Below are positions 36,257 through 48,300 of a DNA stretch of 64,000 bases, in pieces. The stretch is taken from NCBI GenBank assembly GCA_004431415.1, contig QPMI01000066.1:372001-436000 (forward strand), given 5' to 3'. Source of the DNA: Cyanophora paradoxa CCMP329. Lineage: Eukaryota; Plantae; Glaucophyta. Numbering within the stretch: the stretch's first letter is position 1; every line of letters starts with the position of its first letter. The position numbers and the translations under genes were made by a program. Below the pieces are notes generated by a model, which was given only the letters and a program-made list of their open reading frames with translations, did no database searches and had not been told where the DNA came from.

Positions 36257-36812
36257 GCCCGGCCCCGGCCCCGGCGCCCCTTCATGTCCTTTCAGCGCTG
36301 TAAATATTTGACGTCGTTTCGTTCCGGAAATTCGGTCCGATCGCGAGGGGCCGAGCCTGACTGCACGTTGTAGATCTGGTCCTTTTGCGTTCGCGCCTGG
36401 CGAGAAACGCCCGGCCCGGCCGGCGGGGCCCGGCCCCATTTCAGCGAGTCCCTCGGGGCGCCATGCACATGGCCAAGCCCGCCGCCGCGGGGATCCCGGG
36501 AAATCTAGATCATACCCAGCTGCGCGGCGCGGCGCGGGCCCTGCCAGGCTGCGGGGCAGCTGCCAGCCGCAGTGGCCGCGCCCAGCACCCCTGGCGAGCT
36601 CGAGACCCCGCACGATCACCGAATGCGCACTGCATTTCTGGACTGCGGTTGAAAGACCTACGCTAACCTTCGCTAAGACTAGAGCAAAACGAACGATGAG
36701 ACCTCCCCACGAACTACTGCACAGGTGTGTACGAGCGAACAAGCGAGCGAGCGAGACTAGCTAGCTAACCCTCCAGCCAGCGAGCCAGCCAGCCGGAAGC
36801 CAAGCCGGGCGC

Positions 36813-38885
36813 CTACTTGGCCTTGCCCCAATCTTTCTCGACGCGGATGGGGGGGATGAGGTAGCACTTGGCCATGAGGACGCCGATGCGGGCCTTGATG
36901 CCCGCGATCTCGAGCTTGGAGCCCAGGCCCTTGCCCTTGCCCTCCACGCCCTCCTCCCCCTGCAGCTCCGCCAGCCGCCGGTTCAGGTCCGCTGCCTGCC
37001 CCCCGATCAGACCACATCAGCTCAGATCAGATCAGAATCAGATCAGAATCAGATCAGATCAGATCTGACCTCGTCGAAGTACTTCCAGAAGTTCTCGTTG
37101 AGGTCGAGGACGACGGGGAAGACGCGGGCCGAGGTGCGGTTCGTCTCGACGATCACCTCGCGGTCGTAGCTGCGCGCCTCGATGCCGATCGCCTCGTAGA
37201 ACTCGCGCCGCTGCCCTGCGGCGGGCGTGAGGAGGAGGGGGGAGGGCAGATGGGGGGGTACGGGACGGGCAGCGGGCGGGGGGTACGGGCGCACAGTCGT
37301 TGAGGTACATGGTGGCGAAGACGGAGAGGAGGAAGAAGCGGCACCAGAGGCGCGCCTGGATGCCGTTGAGCCACTGCGCGTTCGAGCGGGGCGGGGCGGA
37401 GCGCAGTACAGCGTCAGCGGAGGGCGCGCGCGGCGGGGAGGGGAGGGGCGGCGGGGCGGGTGGGGACCTGGGGGTTGGAGCGGAGGAGGGCGTCGAGGAA
37501 GTCGCCGTGGCGGTTCTCGTCCTGGCACCACTCCTCGAAGAACTTGAAGATGGGGTACACCTGCCATTCGTTGTTAAGAGCGTCAGAGGCTAGCCGGGCG
37601 GCCATCGGGTCTCGCGACGGACGAACCATGCACTCCGGGTTGGCCTGCATGTGGCGCATGATCTTGATGTAGCGCCAGTAGCCGATCTTCTCGGAGAGGT
37701 ACGTGGCGTAGATGATGAACTTCGGCTCGAAGTACGTGTACTGCGGGGCGCGGCGGGTTCGAGGCAGAGCAGAGCAGAGCAAAGCGGAGCAGAGCGGAGC
37801 GGGCGGAGGGGGCGCACGGAGCGGTTCTTGGTCAGGAACCCGAGGTCGAGCTGGAGGTTGAAGTCGGCGAGGGCCTGCCCGAAGCAAGAAGCGATCAAAT
37901 TCGAATTCGAATTCAAAAGTTCGAATCCGGAAGGGCGCGCCTTGTTAATGAAGCCGGCGTGGCGAGCCTCGTCGCGCGCCATCAGCTCCATCGACTCGGC
38001 GAGCACGGGGTTCTTCTTCTTGATCCGCCGCGCGATCTCCTTGTAGAGGAGGAAGCCCGAGAACTCGGCCGTGCACGAGCGCTCCAGGAACTCGATGAAG
38101 ACGCGGCCTGCGGTTGCGAGCGCGAGCGCGGGCGGGCGTCAGCTGCGGCTGCTGCGGCTGCGGCTGCTTCTGCAGCTTCGAAATTCGCTGCGCGGGCAGG
38201 CGTGCGGCGGCGGGGACGGGGGCGCACGGGTGTCGCCCTTGATGTGGTCCCAGTTCCCCTCGAAGCTGTTGTCGCGGACGAAGTGGTCGCGGTTGTAGTC
38301 GTTGCGGAACTCCTGGTTCACGGCCTCGATCTCCTCGAGGTTGAACGAGATGTCGAGCTGCGAACCGCGAAGGCCGGTCAGGCTCGCGTCACCGCCGGCG
38401 GCCGCGACTCGCGAGCAGGGGGCCCGCACCTTCTCGAGGGCATCGAAATCGGTGGTGTAGAAGCTGCGTGCGCGTCAGCGGCAGGAAAGAGCGAGCCCCG
38501 ACGCCTGCGAGGCGAACCGGGGCGTGAGGATGGTCTCCGCAGCTGCGCAAAGTGAAGGGCCGCGGTTAGGACGATTGCGACATCGCGGGAGAAGGATTCG
38601 ATCTACACGTTGCGCCGCGAGAGGCCGCGTACGCGAGCGCAGATATTAAGGTGACGACGCACCAGGCTTCTTGATGCCATCGCGGAGGGTCTCGAACTTG
38701 GGCTCCTTCTGGGGCGGGATGGCGACAGCGTTCACCTCGAAGGTCGGCCGCACGCTGCGAGCCGCCTTCTTCGCCGCGGGACGCGTGCCGAAGAACGAGG
38801 CGCGAGCCGCCGGCTGCACGGTGGCGCTGGTGCTGGGCGCCGACGGCTTCACGCCGAGGGGCAGAGGCGCGGCGAAGCAGGCCAT
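36813..38885 (-). CDS. CHL27: Mg-protoporphyrin IX monomethyl ester oxidative cyclase (CHL27/CRD1/AcsF), plastid-targeted
   Basis: MACFAAPL transit peptide; ETILTPR|FYTTDFD; [13 protein letters not shown]; [18 protein letters not shown]; [14 protein letters not shown]; [14 protein letters not shown]; [11 protein letters not shown]. Both di-iron (D/E)ExxH motifs are present. Confidence 0.97.
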
Positions 38886-39650
38886 GTTCGCTGCTGCGGG
38901 CGAGACGAGCCTACGGAAGTGAGATGGCCTCGGCGGTGCTGCTGCTCGCCGGCCGCCGCTATCACCGAGTATCTCTGACGCTGAAGGGGACGACGTCAAG
39001 GTCTGTCACGACTTTTTTTCGCCCGACAGTGTACCCCGGCGACCGACCCCGGCGTCACCCCGCCGGCGCGGCGCCGCAGCCGCTCGCTTTACTGCTACCG
39101 GTAGCTTCCGCCGCAGCAGGCTCTGGCCGGGCGCGCGGCATGGCAGCCTAGCGCTAGCGCTAGCAGCCGCGTGCGAGTACGCGCGCGGCCTCGAGCTCCG
39201 ATCATCGGATCGGGCCGATGCGCGGCCGCGCGCCGGCGGCCGCGGCGCCGCGCTTATGGGCCCGCGGCCGGAGCCGGCCGCGGCACAGGCTGCAGGTACG
39301 CGCAAGCGAACAGCTCGCTTTGCGAGCCGGCGCGCGCCGGCCGCGCGCGCGCGCCGCGGGCCCGCGGCGCGCGATGCATATGCTGGCGCCGACGCCGGTC
39401 GCCGGGCCCGGCCCCCGGCGCCGGCCTAGGCCTGACCTGGTCAGCCACATGGCCGCCAGCCTAATCGGCCGCGCGCTCAGGCTACTATCAGCCGCTCCGG
39501 ATCGGAGGCTCTTAAGCTTTCGCCAGGCTCCGTTCATGATCAGAAGTCACTGAGTCACTCTCCTCGGAAATTTCGCTCTACTTTTTACTTTGAGAACATG
39601 TGCGTCCCGCTCTAGATCTGGCGATCGCATGTGCCCCCAACGTCGGCCAG

Positions 39651-39889
39651 GCCCCTTCTCTGTCGACGCCGACGGCGACGTCGGGGGTCACGTCGCGCCC
39701 TGCCCTGCGGCCCTCGGCCTTCCGGCCCGCAGCCTGCAGCTGGGCCGCAGGGCGGCCGCCGGGCCGGCGCCGGCCAGCTGCAGGATCTAGGACCTGCTGG
39801 CGGTGCCTGGCACCCGGCAGCAGCCTGCAGCCCCTTCTCTGTCCGACGGTCGACGCCGACGTCGGCCGTCACGTCGCGCCCTGCCCTGC
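39651..39889. repeat. Imperfect ~58-bp direct repeat, two copies
   Basis: CCCCTTCTCTGTC...GACGTCGG...GTCACGTCGCGCCCTGCCCTGC near 39652 and 39831. Confidence 0.8.
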
Positions 39890-40277
39890 CCTGCCTGCAG
39901 CAAACAACAGCCAGCGAGCATTGAATATTTGATCGATATCGGCGCCGCGGCCGTGTTCTAGGCACTGCAGCTGCAGCCTGGCAGCAACCGGGCGCGGTTC
40001 GGTGACTGCAGCTGGACCGTCGGACGCCGGGCCGGCCTTCGATTCGGCATGCCCGGGCCTGGCCATGGGATTCCGAATCCGGTCCTCGCTCTTTGATGCG
40101 TCTTCCTAAAATAGGATTTAGTTTGGCTGGATGAAAAATTAAACTTGAGAGCATGCGCTCACCGCGGCCGGCAGAGCCGATCACGATACATCGATGGGGT
40201 TTGGAGGCTGAAGTCCCCGCTCCTGATCAGGCTGGCCGCGGGCAAGAGCTAGTGTCAGACCTAGAATCCTTTGATTA

Positions 40278-40308
40278 CTAGTACTGGTAAATATCAGCTG
40301 TGCTCACC

Positions 40309-40342
<34 letters not shown>

Positions 40343-43300
40343 GGTCGTCCTTGTGCTTCTTCGGGGTCCCCTCGAGCTCCGTCTTCTTGATTCGAATTCG
40401 GGCGATTTTTATTTACAACGTCGAATTAGATTAGAGGCCGCCGGGCACCTCGGGCTCGGGGGCGCGCTTCTTCTCGCCCTTCTTCAGCTTGCGCTGCTGC
40501 TCCGCCGCGGCCGCCTCCTCGCCGGCGCGCGTCATCTTCTTTACGGCCTCAGCCATCTGCTCCCGCGGCACAAATTAGGAGCGTTCTCGAGTCCCATTTC
40601 CGAGAGCGAAGCTTATGAAATCTATGTACGGAAGTGGCTGCGCGAATTCAAACGCGCAGCCCGGATTGATAAACTCTTCGTTTTAAACTGCTGGGTCCTT
40701 ATAATTTATTAATAGACTTTCGATTTTTGAAATCTAAACGCACGTTGTGGGCCGCCACCAGCCCGGAGCCGATGTCGCGGGCGAACTCCTTGAAGGCGCC
40801 CCCCCCGCTCTTGGCCGAGGCCTGGCCGAAAGGCAAAGTCGAGTCGGATGCGGGCTAAATGACCGAGGCCTAATCATGGCCTGGCTTGGCCGAGGTCTGA
40901 TCGGGAATACGATGCGGGCTAAACGGCAGCGTGCATCGACCGAGCAACAGCGAAAGAGTCGTTTTGAGGGCTGAACGGCAGCGTGCATCGACCAAGTTTA
41001 AGCAGCAGCGGAAGAGCCGTCTTGAGCGGAAAATATATTCAATTTCATGCGTATGCAGCAGCGCACTTGGATTTTCTCCATGACGTTGCGGAGATCGTCC
41101 ACGAGCTGCTCGGCCTGCGCATGCGCAGGCATCGAGGTTCATGCTTCGAAAAGCCTTTTGTTTTAAGCATTTTACGCGAGTTCAACCGTTGAACGGTTGG
41201 TAGGGCCCGTACGCGTTCGGACGTGACGGAGGTCCGCGGGAAGTTCGCGATGAAGCCCTCGAGCTGTATTTCGAATTTGAATATGAATCAGCATGCGCAG
41301 ATCTAGAGAGACGGCTTCGGAAGTGGACAGGAATCATTCAAACTGCAGACCTTGTTGTTAATCGCGACCACCTCCGCAACGAGCTTCTCGACGTGCTTCA
41401 CCTACACACTCGGAGTCATTACAATTAGTTTCCAAGGCGGCCAAAGAATAATTTCCATCTTCTAAGGGCCGAGATCGGGCCGGGGCGGACGGCGGGCTCC
41501 TCTAAGGGATCACAAGTCCCCAAGGCGGCCAAAGAATAATTTTCATCTTCTAAGGGCCGAGATCGGGGCGGACGACGGGCTCCTCCGGGAAGACGTCGAT
41601 GTTGAGCTGGAAGCTCTTCGCCCCCGCGGCCGCCGCCTCCGCGTCGGGCTGCTGCTGCGCCTGCCCCTGCGAGCAAAACTATTTTATGAATATAATATAT
41701 AAAGTCCGGAAATCGCGATTGAAGCTTGAATTAATTAATTATAGGCGCTTTGGGCCAAGAACTCGCGTGCCCGCACCTCATCGCCGGCCTTGGACCTGGC
41801 CTTGGCGAACTCGACGAGGCCGGTGATCACCTCCTTGCACCGCTGCATGGCCTTTTTGGCGGCCTGCGAGCAAAGCAAACAAGTACGGATCAGAGTTCGA
41901 AGATTGAGATAGGTGGGACACATTTCAAATTGGAGAAATACGGACGAACCTGGGCCGTTTCCAGCACCTTCTCCGACTCCGCGATTGCGAGCGGCAGCTT
42001 CTCCTCCAGCGCCGCGACCCTCGCGTTCGCCGCCGCGAGGCCGCCGCCGAGCTCCGAGGCATGCTTCTGCGACGCGGCGAGCGCGGCCTCCAGGGCCTTG
42101 ATGCGCTGCTCCGAACCGCTGCAGAGCTGGCGGCGCGCGCAGGGACCGCATTTAACGAGATACGAATACAAGCTTGATGCCGCGCAGCGCGCTTCGAGGC
42201 TTAGGACATATAAATGCGCAGATTGGGGCCGGGCCCCGGGCGGGGCCCCTGGCCCCGGGACCACAATCAACGAGATACGAATATTAGTACACGCTTGATG
42301 CGCTTCGAGGCGTGGGATATATAAATGCACTGATCGGGGCGCCGCACCTTGACCAGGTTGAGCAGCACAGTCGCGCCGTGCTGAGCGTCGTGGTTGCGCT
42401 TGTTCTCGCCGTTCAGCCCCAGCCACACCTGTTAGAAATTAATATAATATGGCCAGCGGCCCGCGGGGCGCGGTCGGCGGCGCGGCTGACAACGAGGCAG
42501 TAATATAAACGCGGTTTGATAATTAATTACCTTTTCCGTGCAAGCCGGCGCATAGTCGCAGGGGCGAGGCTCGAAGGCGCACACGGCCAGGTGCCGCAGC
42601 CTCGCATCGTCTCCGCTCTTTTCGATCGATACAACATTAGTCATTATTGTAGAAAAGCGGGTCGAGTGGCGCTTTGATTTAATTCAGAGCTTTCTAGATC
42701 TACAGCGCTCGCGTATACATGCGGACCATGATGACTTGAGTGCAACCTCTCTCCGCGTTGGGGCAGAGCACGTGATTCGCCATATGCTCCTGAGTGCCGC
42801 ATCGGAGCGAGAAACAAGAGATATTAGGGAAATATTAATAAGAAATGGCCGCCTCTTCCTTCGAGATGGGGTACTGCTCGCCGCAGCGGGTGCAGGACGT
42901 CTTATGGCTTTCGCACTCCTCGGGGTCCAGCTGATCGAAGCGATGACATGGAGTTAAGCGCATGATCGAATTCGAATATCGAATTCGAATTTGTAGTTAT
43001 CTTCCATATGCAAGTATGCTACTAACCTGGTGCTCCTGAAGGCCTCGGACGTAGAGGGCGCACCCAAAGGAGAGCTCCGTCTCGGTACACCGCTTCGGGA
43101 ACTGGCCGCACTCCTGCTCGTGCTGCGCCCGTGGCGGAACGCCAAATCTCAGATCAAATCTTCTCAGATGTATTGAGGCCTAGGGATCGGCCTAGGGATC
43201 ACCTTTTGGACGACGCTGCGGTGCCCTTGAAAATTGCAGCCGTTCGGATCTTTTCCCGTACCGCTCCGCCCTGTCTGACTGTCGAATCTGGAGGGATCAG

Positions 43301-44063
43301 AAATCAGATTCGAAATGCAAAATAGGCGAAGATTTCCTGTCCTAACGACTGGGCCAGAGGTGAGAATTATACTACAAATAAAAAATCGATCAATCGCACT
43401 CGCGTGAAGCTCCGCAGATGTAGAGCAATCCCGTCTCGATTTCTTCGTCACGCTCGAAACATTTCCGAATGACAGCGGCAGAGATATCGATGGGCTTCTC
43501 GCAGCCCTTCACGAAACATTTTCGCTGCCCTGCGTCGACGAGCTTCTACAAAAGCGAGCAACGCCGGTCGATGGTTAGCTATATATGATACTAACAAGCA
43601 TTAATATATATACAACAAACCGCTTGAAGGTCAGAAATGCACGATCTGCGAGCATGCAGGGAAGCCCTGATTGAATTGCGAATCGATTTGCAAATAACTT
43701 TTGCACTCACAAGCAGCAGATGTGCCCTTTGTCATTGATGTCAGCTCCCGTGTGGAAAATTTGGACCGGTGTGTTCATCACGTTCTTGCAGATCTCGCAG
43801 ATGCAGCGCAGCGGAGGGGGATTGACGAGATATTCTGCGGAAAATTATATTGCAGCTTTAGTTCAATGAAGAAACCTGGGAGCCTTGCAGAGCACCTCCG
43901 ATGCCGTTGCGCGCGCGTGGGAAGTTGGCTGTATCGTAGAGCTCATGTTTGATCCCGAGCGGGATTTCGCGATCGGCGGGCCTGCTTGAAGGATTCGTGA
44001 TTCAGGCATTCAAAAATGATTAAAACGATATCGATAGTCTGCGGACCTGGTTTGCGGATCCAT
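40278..44063 (-). CDS. TRAF-like E3 ligase: N-terminal RING, TRAF-type zinc fingers, long coiled coil, no MATH domain seen
   Basis: MDPQT|RPADRE...GIG|EYLVNPPPLRCICEICKNVMNTPVQIFH...KGHICC; KCFVKGC; GCNFQGHRSVVQK; HEQECGQFPKRC; HKTSCTRCGEQY; RHLAVCAFEPRPCDYAPAC; coiled coil EQRIKALEAALAA...RVAALEEKL. The 3' end may splice further towards ~39870. Confidence 0.75.
41432..41585. repeat. Tandem duplication of ~65-70 bp in a TRAF-like gene intron
   Basis: CCAAGGCGGCCAAAGAATAATTT(C/T)CATCTTCTAAGGGCCGAGATCGGG...GAC(G)GCGGGCTCCTC at 41432 and 41521. Confidence 0.9.
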
Positions 44064-44503
44064 GGAGACTCCGCGCAGAACGCCTCCTGGGAAATATTGA
44101 TTCGTCAGAGGTTTCGCGCCGGCGCCGCGGCCGTGCGATCAGAGCGAAGCGCATGTGCTCTTAGCATGCGCCAAACGCCGCCCTATGCTCTGGGAATGCG
44201 CTGCGAGGTAGTGCTCGCGATCGAAAGCCCTTGCATTTATTTTGCTGAGCGGCAAAAGGAGGCCCGAGGCCCCGCAGACGCAGCGCGCGCGGCGCAGGCA
44301 CGCCCACGATCAATGAAAATAGGGCGTCGCTCACCGTGGCGCTGCGTTGGCGCTCCGGATAAATGGTCGGACCCGGCGGCTTGCCCTGCGTGCCGCGCGC
44401 GACAGGGTCATCCCTCGCGCCGCGAAAGGCCTGACACACATAGAAAGCGATTTGGGCGACAGATTCGCGCTGCGCCATGGCCGCGCCCGGGTGCAGGGCC
44501 CGC

Positions 44504-44778
44504 TTGCGCACCTCCGAAACAAGTGAGGTGTCTCGCGAAAAATCGCGAAGGGGCGGGAGGAGACGGGAAAAGAAAAGAGGGGGGAAGGGGCGGAGAGGGG
44601 GAGGGACGGGGGGGCAGAGGGGGGCAGATTTAAAGCAATTAAGGGCCTGCGTTGACGTTGCGCACCTCCAAACCAAGTGAGGGGCCTCGCGAAAAATGGC
44701 GACGGGAGAGGAGGAGAAGGGGGGACGGGGGCGTGGAGGGGGGGGGACGGGGAGAGGGGGGGGGCAGAGGGAGAATTG
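44504..44778. repeat. Diverged two-copy duplication in the divergent intergenic region
   Basis: TTGCGCACCTCC(G/A)AA(A/C)CAAGTGAGG...CTCGCGAAAAAT, then a purine tract ending GGGGGGCAGAGGG, at 44504 and 44659. Confidence 0.8.
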
Positions 44779-45110
44779 AAAGCTCTAAATTATATATATG
44801 AATCCTATGCGTCGCGCTCGAGAGAAGGGCGAGATCTAGAAAAGGAGGACATATAAGGACATGCATGAGAGAATTCGAACGAAGGAAAGAGGGTCGGGGG
44901 GGCGGAAGGAGAAGGGAGGGGGGAAGAATTTATCCATAATAATTATCGAGGATCGAGAGAGGAACTTCGGATCGAATGAGAGGAAGAGAGCGTCTTGCTC
45001 CCTCTTAGCTAGTTGCCCTGCACGCCGCTCTCCCGGGGCGCTCGCAGGTACGCATGCCCCGCGCGCGTTGAATAGCGACGCGTTTCATATTAATGTCGCG
45101 CAGTTTCGTG

Positions 45111-45238
45111 CGGCGCGGCGCCTGAATTCAGCCTCGCGCTCTGGCCTTGCTCGGAGTCGGCGGCGCGTGAATTCAGCCGCGCGCTCTTTCCTTGCTAGTC
45201 GGCGGCGCGTGAATTCAGCCGCGCGCTCTTTCCTTGCT
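45111..45238. repeat. Three tandem ~42-bp units upstream of the winged-helix/PB1 gene
   Basis: CGGCGGCGCGTGAATTCAGCCGCGCGCTCTTTCCTTGCT, two exact copies plus one variant. Confidence 0.9.
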
Positions 45239-45374
45239 TGGGGTCAACGGTTACATAATCGTAAATTGAACCGCTCGTTTCGACCTTGTGCGTGCGCGCG
45301 CCTGCCCCCGCCCTTAAGCTTGCTTTGCGCATTCATGTTCTAGATCTGCAGAATTGAAATTGCGTTGGAGCGTC

Positions 45375-48300
45375 ATGGGAACCTTGAATGATACTAGCAC
45401 TGGCGCCGGCGCTGGATTGGCCGCAGAGGGACAAGCAAAGCCTGCGAGATACAGCCTGTTCGTCCTCTTGAAATCTTAAGCTTCTAATATATAGCCGGCG
45501 TCGCCGCAGCGCCTGACTAACGTTCCGAGCAGATACGGTGCAATCAAGGATATCATCAAGCACGTGTCGGCGAGCAGAGCGAATCCCGATGACGGCTCTG
45601 GAGTTTCGCAAGCGGAGATCATGCAGGAGTTTCATCGCGACCCGGCCCGCTGGATCGGCAAAAGCGAGCTCCCCAAATCATTCCGGAAGATGGTGGACGA
45701 GCACCTCGGCGGCAAGAGATGCAAGAAGCGCTTCCGCAGAGTCGATCAAGGGGACCGGAGCGTTGCGAGGGCCAGTCGCTGCTGTGCGCACCGCGGCGCT
45801 CGCTGCGCAAATTTATCTCTTTAAATTTTAGCGTCGAATTCTGACCGCCGCGCACGCTCGTCTCCACGGCAGGGCTCCCCACAGATCTACATGTCGACGC
45901 GCACGCAGAGTGCACCTCGGCCGCGGACGGCGGCGATGCGAGCGATGACGAGATTTCAGACGGCATAGTAGAGGAGGGCTCGGGCGGTACCGGTCTAGAT
46001 CTTGAGCTCTCGCGATCGGTTCGCTAATATTAATGCGCCTTCGGAATTCGGATTCTGCAGACCATCTCACGAGACCATTTCGGATCCGCAGGAAGATGTA
46101 CGTATGCATGTGGCGAGGATGGAAAGCCAGCCCGAATTTGAGAACGGATCCAATTGCAAATCTGACACCACGCGGGTGCGGTCTGCTTATGATTTCTACG
46201 AGCTGCAAAAACTATAGTTGCGTCCTGCGGTTGACTTATACTGTTCTCGCGTCGCAATCGGCTGCGTAGCATACGCAGAAGTTTGGAGCACATGTGCAAG
46301 GGAATCTGCAGCCTCAAGGCGATTCGCGATTGGAGTCCAAGCCCGCGGCCGTGCGTTCAAGGAATTCGAAGCTCGTGAACAGCCGGCTCTTTGAATACCG
46401 CGGAACCGCAGGAAGAGATGCCGAGGGCGGATCCGGAAAGGCACGCGCAGGTCATGATCAATCCCAAACACAACTCCAAGAACATTAACGGATCTGAATT
46501 CGAAACCGAGGTCAGTATTCTGATCATGATTATCGGACTGCGCTACAGGATCCCGGATTCCGATCAGAAGCACGTGTACGTGTACAGGATATCGATACGC
46601 TCGAACAGAAGCACAGATATCCATTGCGATCAATTGCAAGGCCTAGGTCCGATCGTGCAGGGAAGCTTAAGCTTGCAAGCATCGATGGAGAAGGGGAGCC
46701 CACGGCCGCGGGCGCGGCCGAGGAGCACGGATTCGAATTCTTTCATTCAAAGGTCCGTAAATCCAGCTGTGTGCGCGTGAACGTGTGCACGTGGTGGTGT
46801 TGACTGCAGGGCAGCCGATCACGAGGGCATCGGCGCGGAAGCGAAAAGCAGCGAGCTCGGACGCAGAAATTGCACTCGAGCTCAAGCCTATAGCCAGCAC
46901 CGACGGCGTCCTAAATGAGGTCCACTTGTTTAAAAATACTGCGATTTGCATGGTTATGATTGAAGAACGCTTTGCTAATTCGATCGGTCGGGCGATATCG
47001 GTCTCCCGCGGTCGGTAAACGTTCGTCAATGCGGTCTTTCAATATTTAATACAATTTGAAAAACGTGACTCACAAAAGAACTCGAATTCGATTATTCCGA
47101 ATCCGCAGAAAATCATGGAGAAGGCGGAAGGTCAGCCTGAGCGCCCGCCCGACTCTAGCAACAGGTCTGAATCCGACATCAAGGTATGCGGTTTGATTTT
47201 CGCGAGGGGCGATATCGCATGTCCTGCGGCTGACTTGCGCGTGTCTTCGGGCACGGCTGTGCTACAGGAATCCGGAACGCGAGCAGACTTCCAAGAAAAT
47301 CAGCATCCGCAGCGCGAGTTGCGAACCGAGTTCGAGCCTGCGGTCGCAGAGAAGCTCGCGTATCCGGAAGCAGTCAGAGACGGACATGCATATGTACACG
47401 AGCAAAACCTTGATAACCACGTCCGTCACTTCAATTTGCGGGCGTTCCTTTCGGCCTTTATCGGTCGGTGCGTGATTGCAAGGCATGCGCAGGCAGCTGC
47501 GAGGGCGCCAGATCGAAAGCGGAAGGCACCGACAGAGAAATCGGACGCAGAGCTCATGACTGAACAGCTACAGCCGCAAGGCCGATCTCCACCAATTGCA
47601 AGGCCTAAGCCTCGTCGTGGATCGCGGCCCGGTCAAAAGTCATGGTCCGCTGGTTTAAATTTCGCGGGCGTTGACACGCTATTGTTGTTGTTGTCTGGTT
47701 ATATTGGGTTATTCCGAGCAGGTTCGACATGGTCGAGGGAATCGTCGCTGAGTTGAAGAGCCCCTGTCTGGAGGACATCGAGCGGGAAATCACGTCGAAG
47801 TGGGCTACACTTGTTCCCGATAGAAGCAAACCGAAGCAGATTCGGATCATGATAGGCCTGGAGCTTTCCAGAGGGAAGCGCCTGGGCATCTTCCGCCAGA
47901 TGAACGGCCTTGCCGTGCACAACAGCAAAAGCCGATGTGCGCGCTACAACGTAATTTGTTTCTGGCTTATTTCTCTGTTGATCGGATTCTCTTGGCGGTG
48001 CAGGGGAAATCATCAAGCCGCAAGTTGTGGAGATGAATCTTCCTCGCAAGCTCAACGTAGTTGGAAGCTCCTCCCTTGCAGCACAACTTGAATCGGATGT
48101 GCGCTAACCGGCAGAGGCCGTCCGAACGGTCTTAAATGTCTTTCGTCTAATTGCGATTTGTCTGTCACCGCGATCGCAGACCGAGACTGATCGCGAGTCT
48201 GAGCGAAGCCCCGACAGCGATATCGAAGAGGAGAGGCAGGCTCCCATGGCGGATCGAGACAGCCAATCCGAGGACGGCAGCGGACTTGCGCGGACAGCCA

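Noticed and set aside
37017-37800. (TCAGA)n and (GCAGA)n runs in CHL27 introns
   Set aside because: Ordinary microsatellites, with no sign of a telomeric or functional role.
24556-38885. Horizontally acquired bacterial photosynthesis operon (crtF/bchU plus acsF)
   Set aside because: The genes are intron-rich and on mixed strands. CHL27 has a transit peptide, whereas the methyltransferases have a hydrophobic anchor and no plastid presequence.
41-39553. Long Arg/Pro/Gly/Ala-rich ORFs in the ORF track (e.g. 395-1747, 7933-9132, 27144-28616, 31942-32301)
   Set aside because: Artefacts of extreme GC content. They overlap real spliced genes out of frame or cover repeats and introns, and show no domain signal.
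45111-45238. Short repeats here and at 28233-28500 and 63531-63606 considered as CRISPR arrays
   Set aside because: They are head-to-tail tandem units without unique spacers, there are no cas genes, and the context is eukaryotic.
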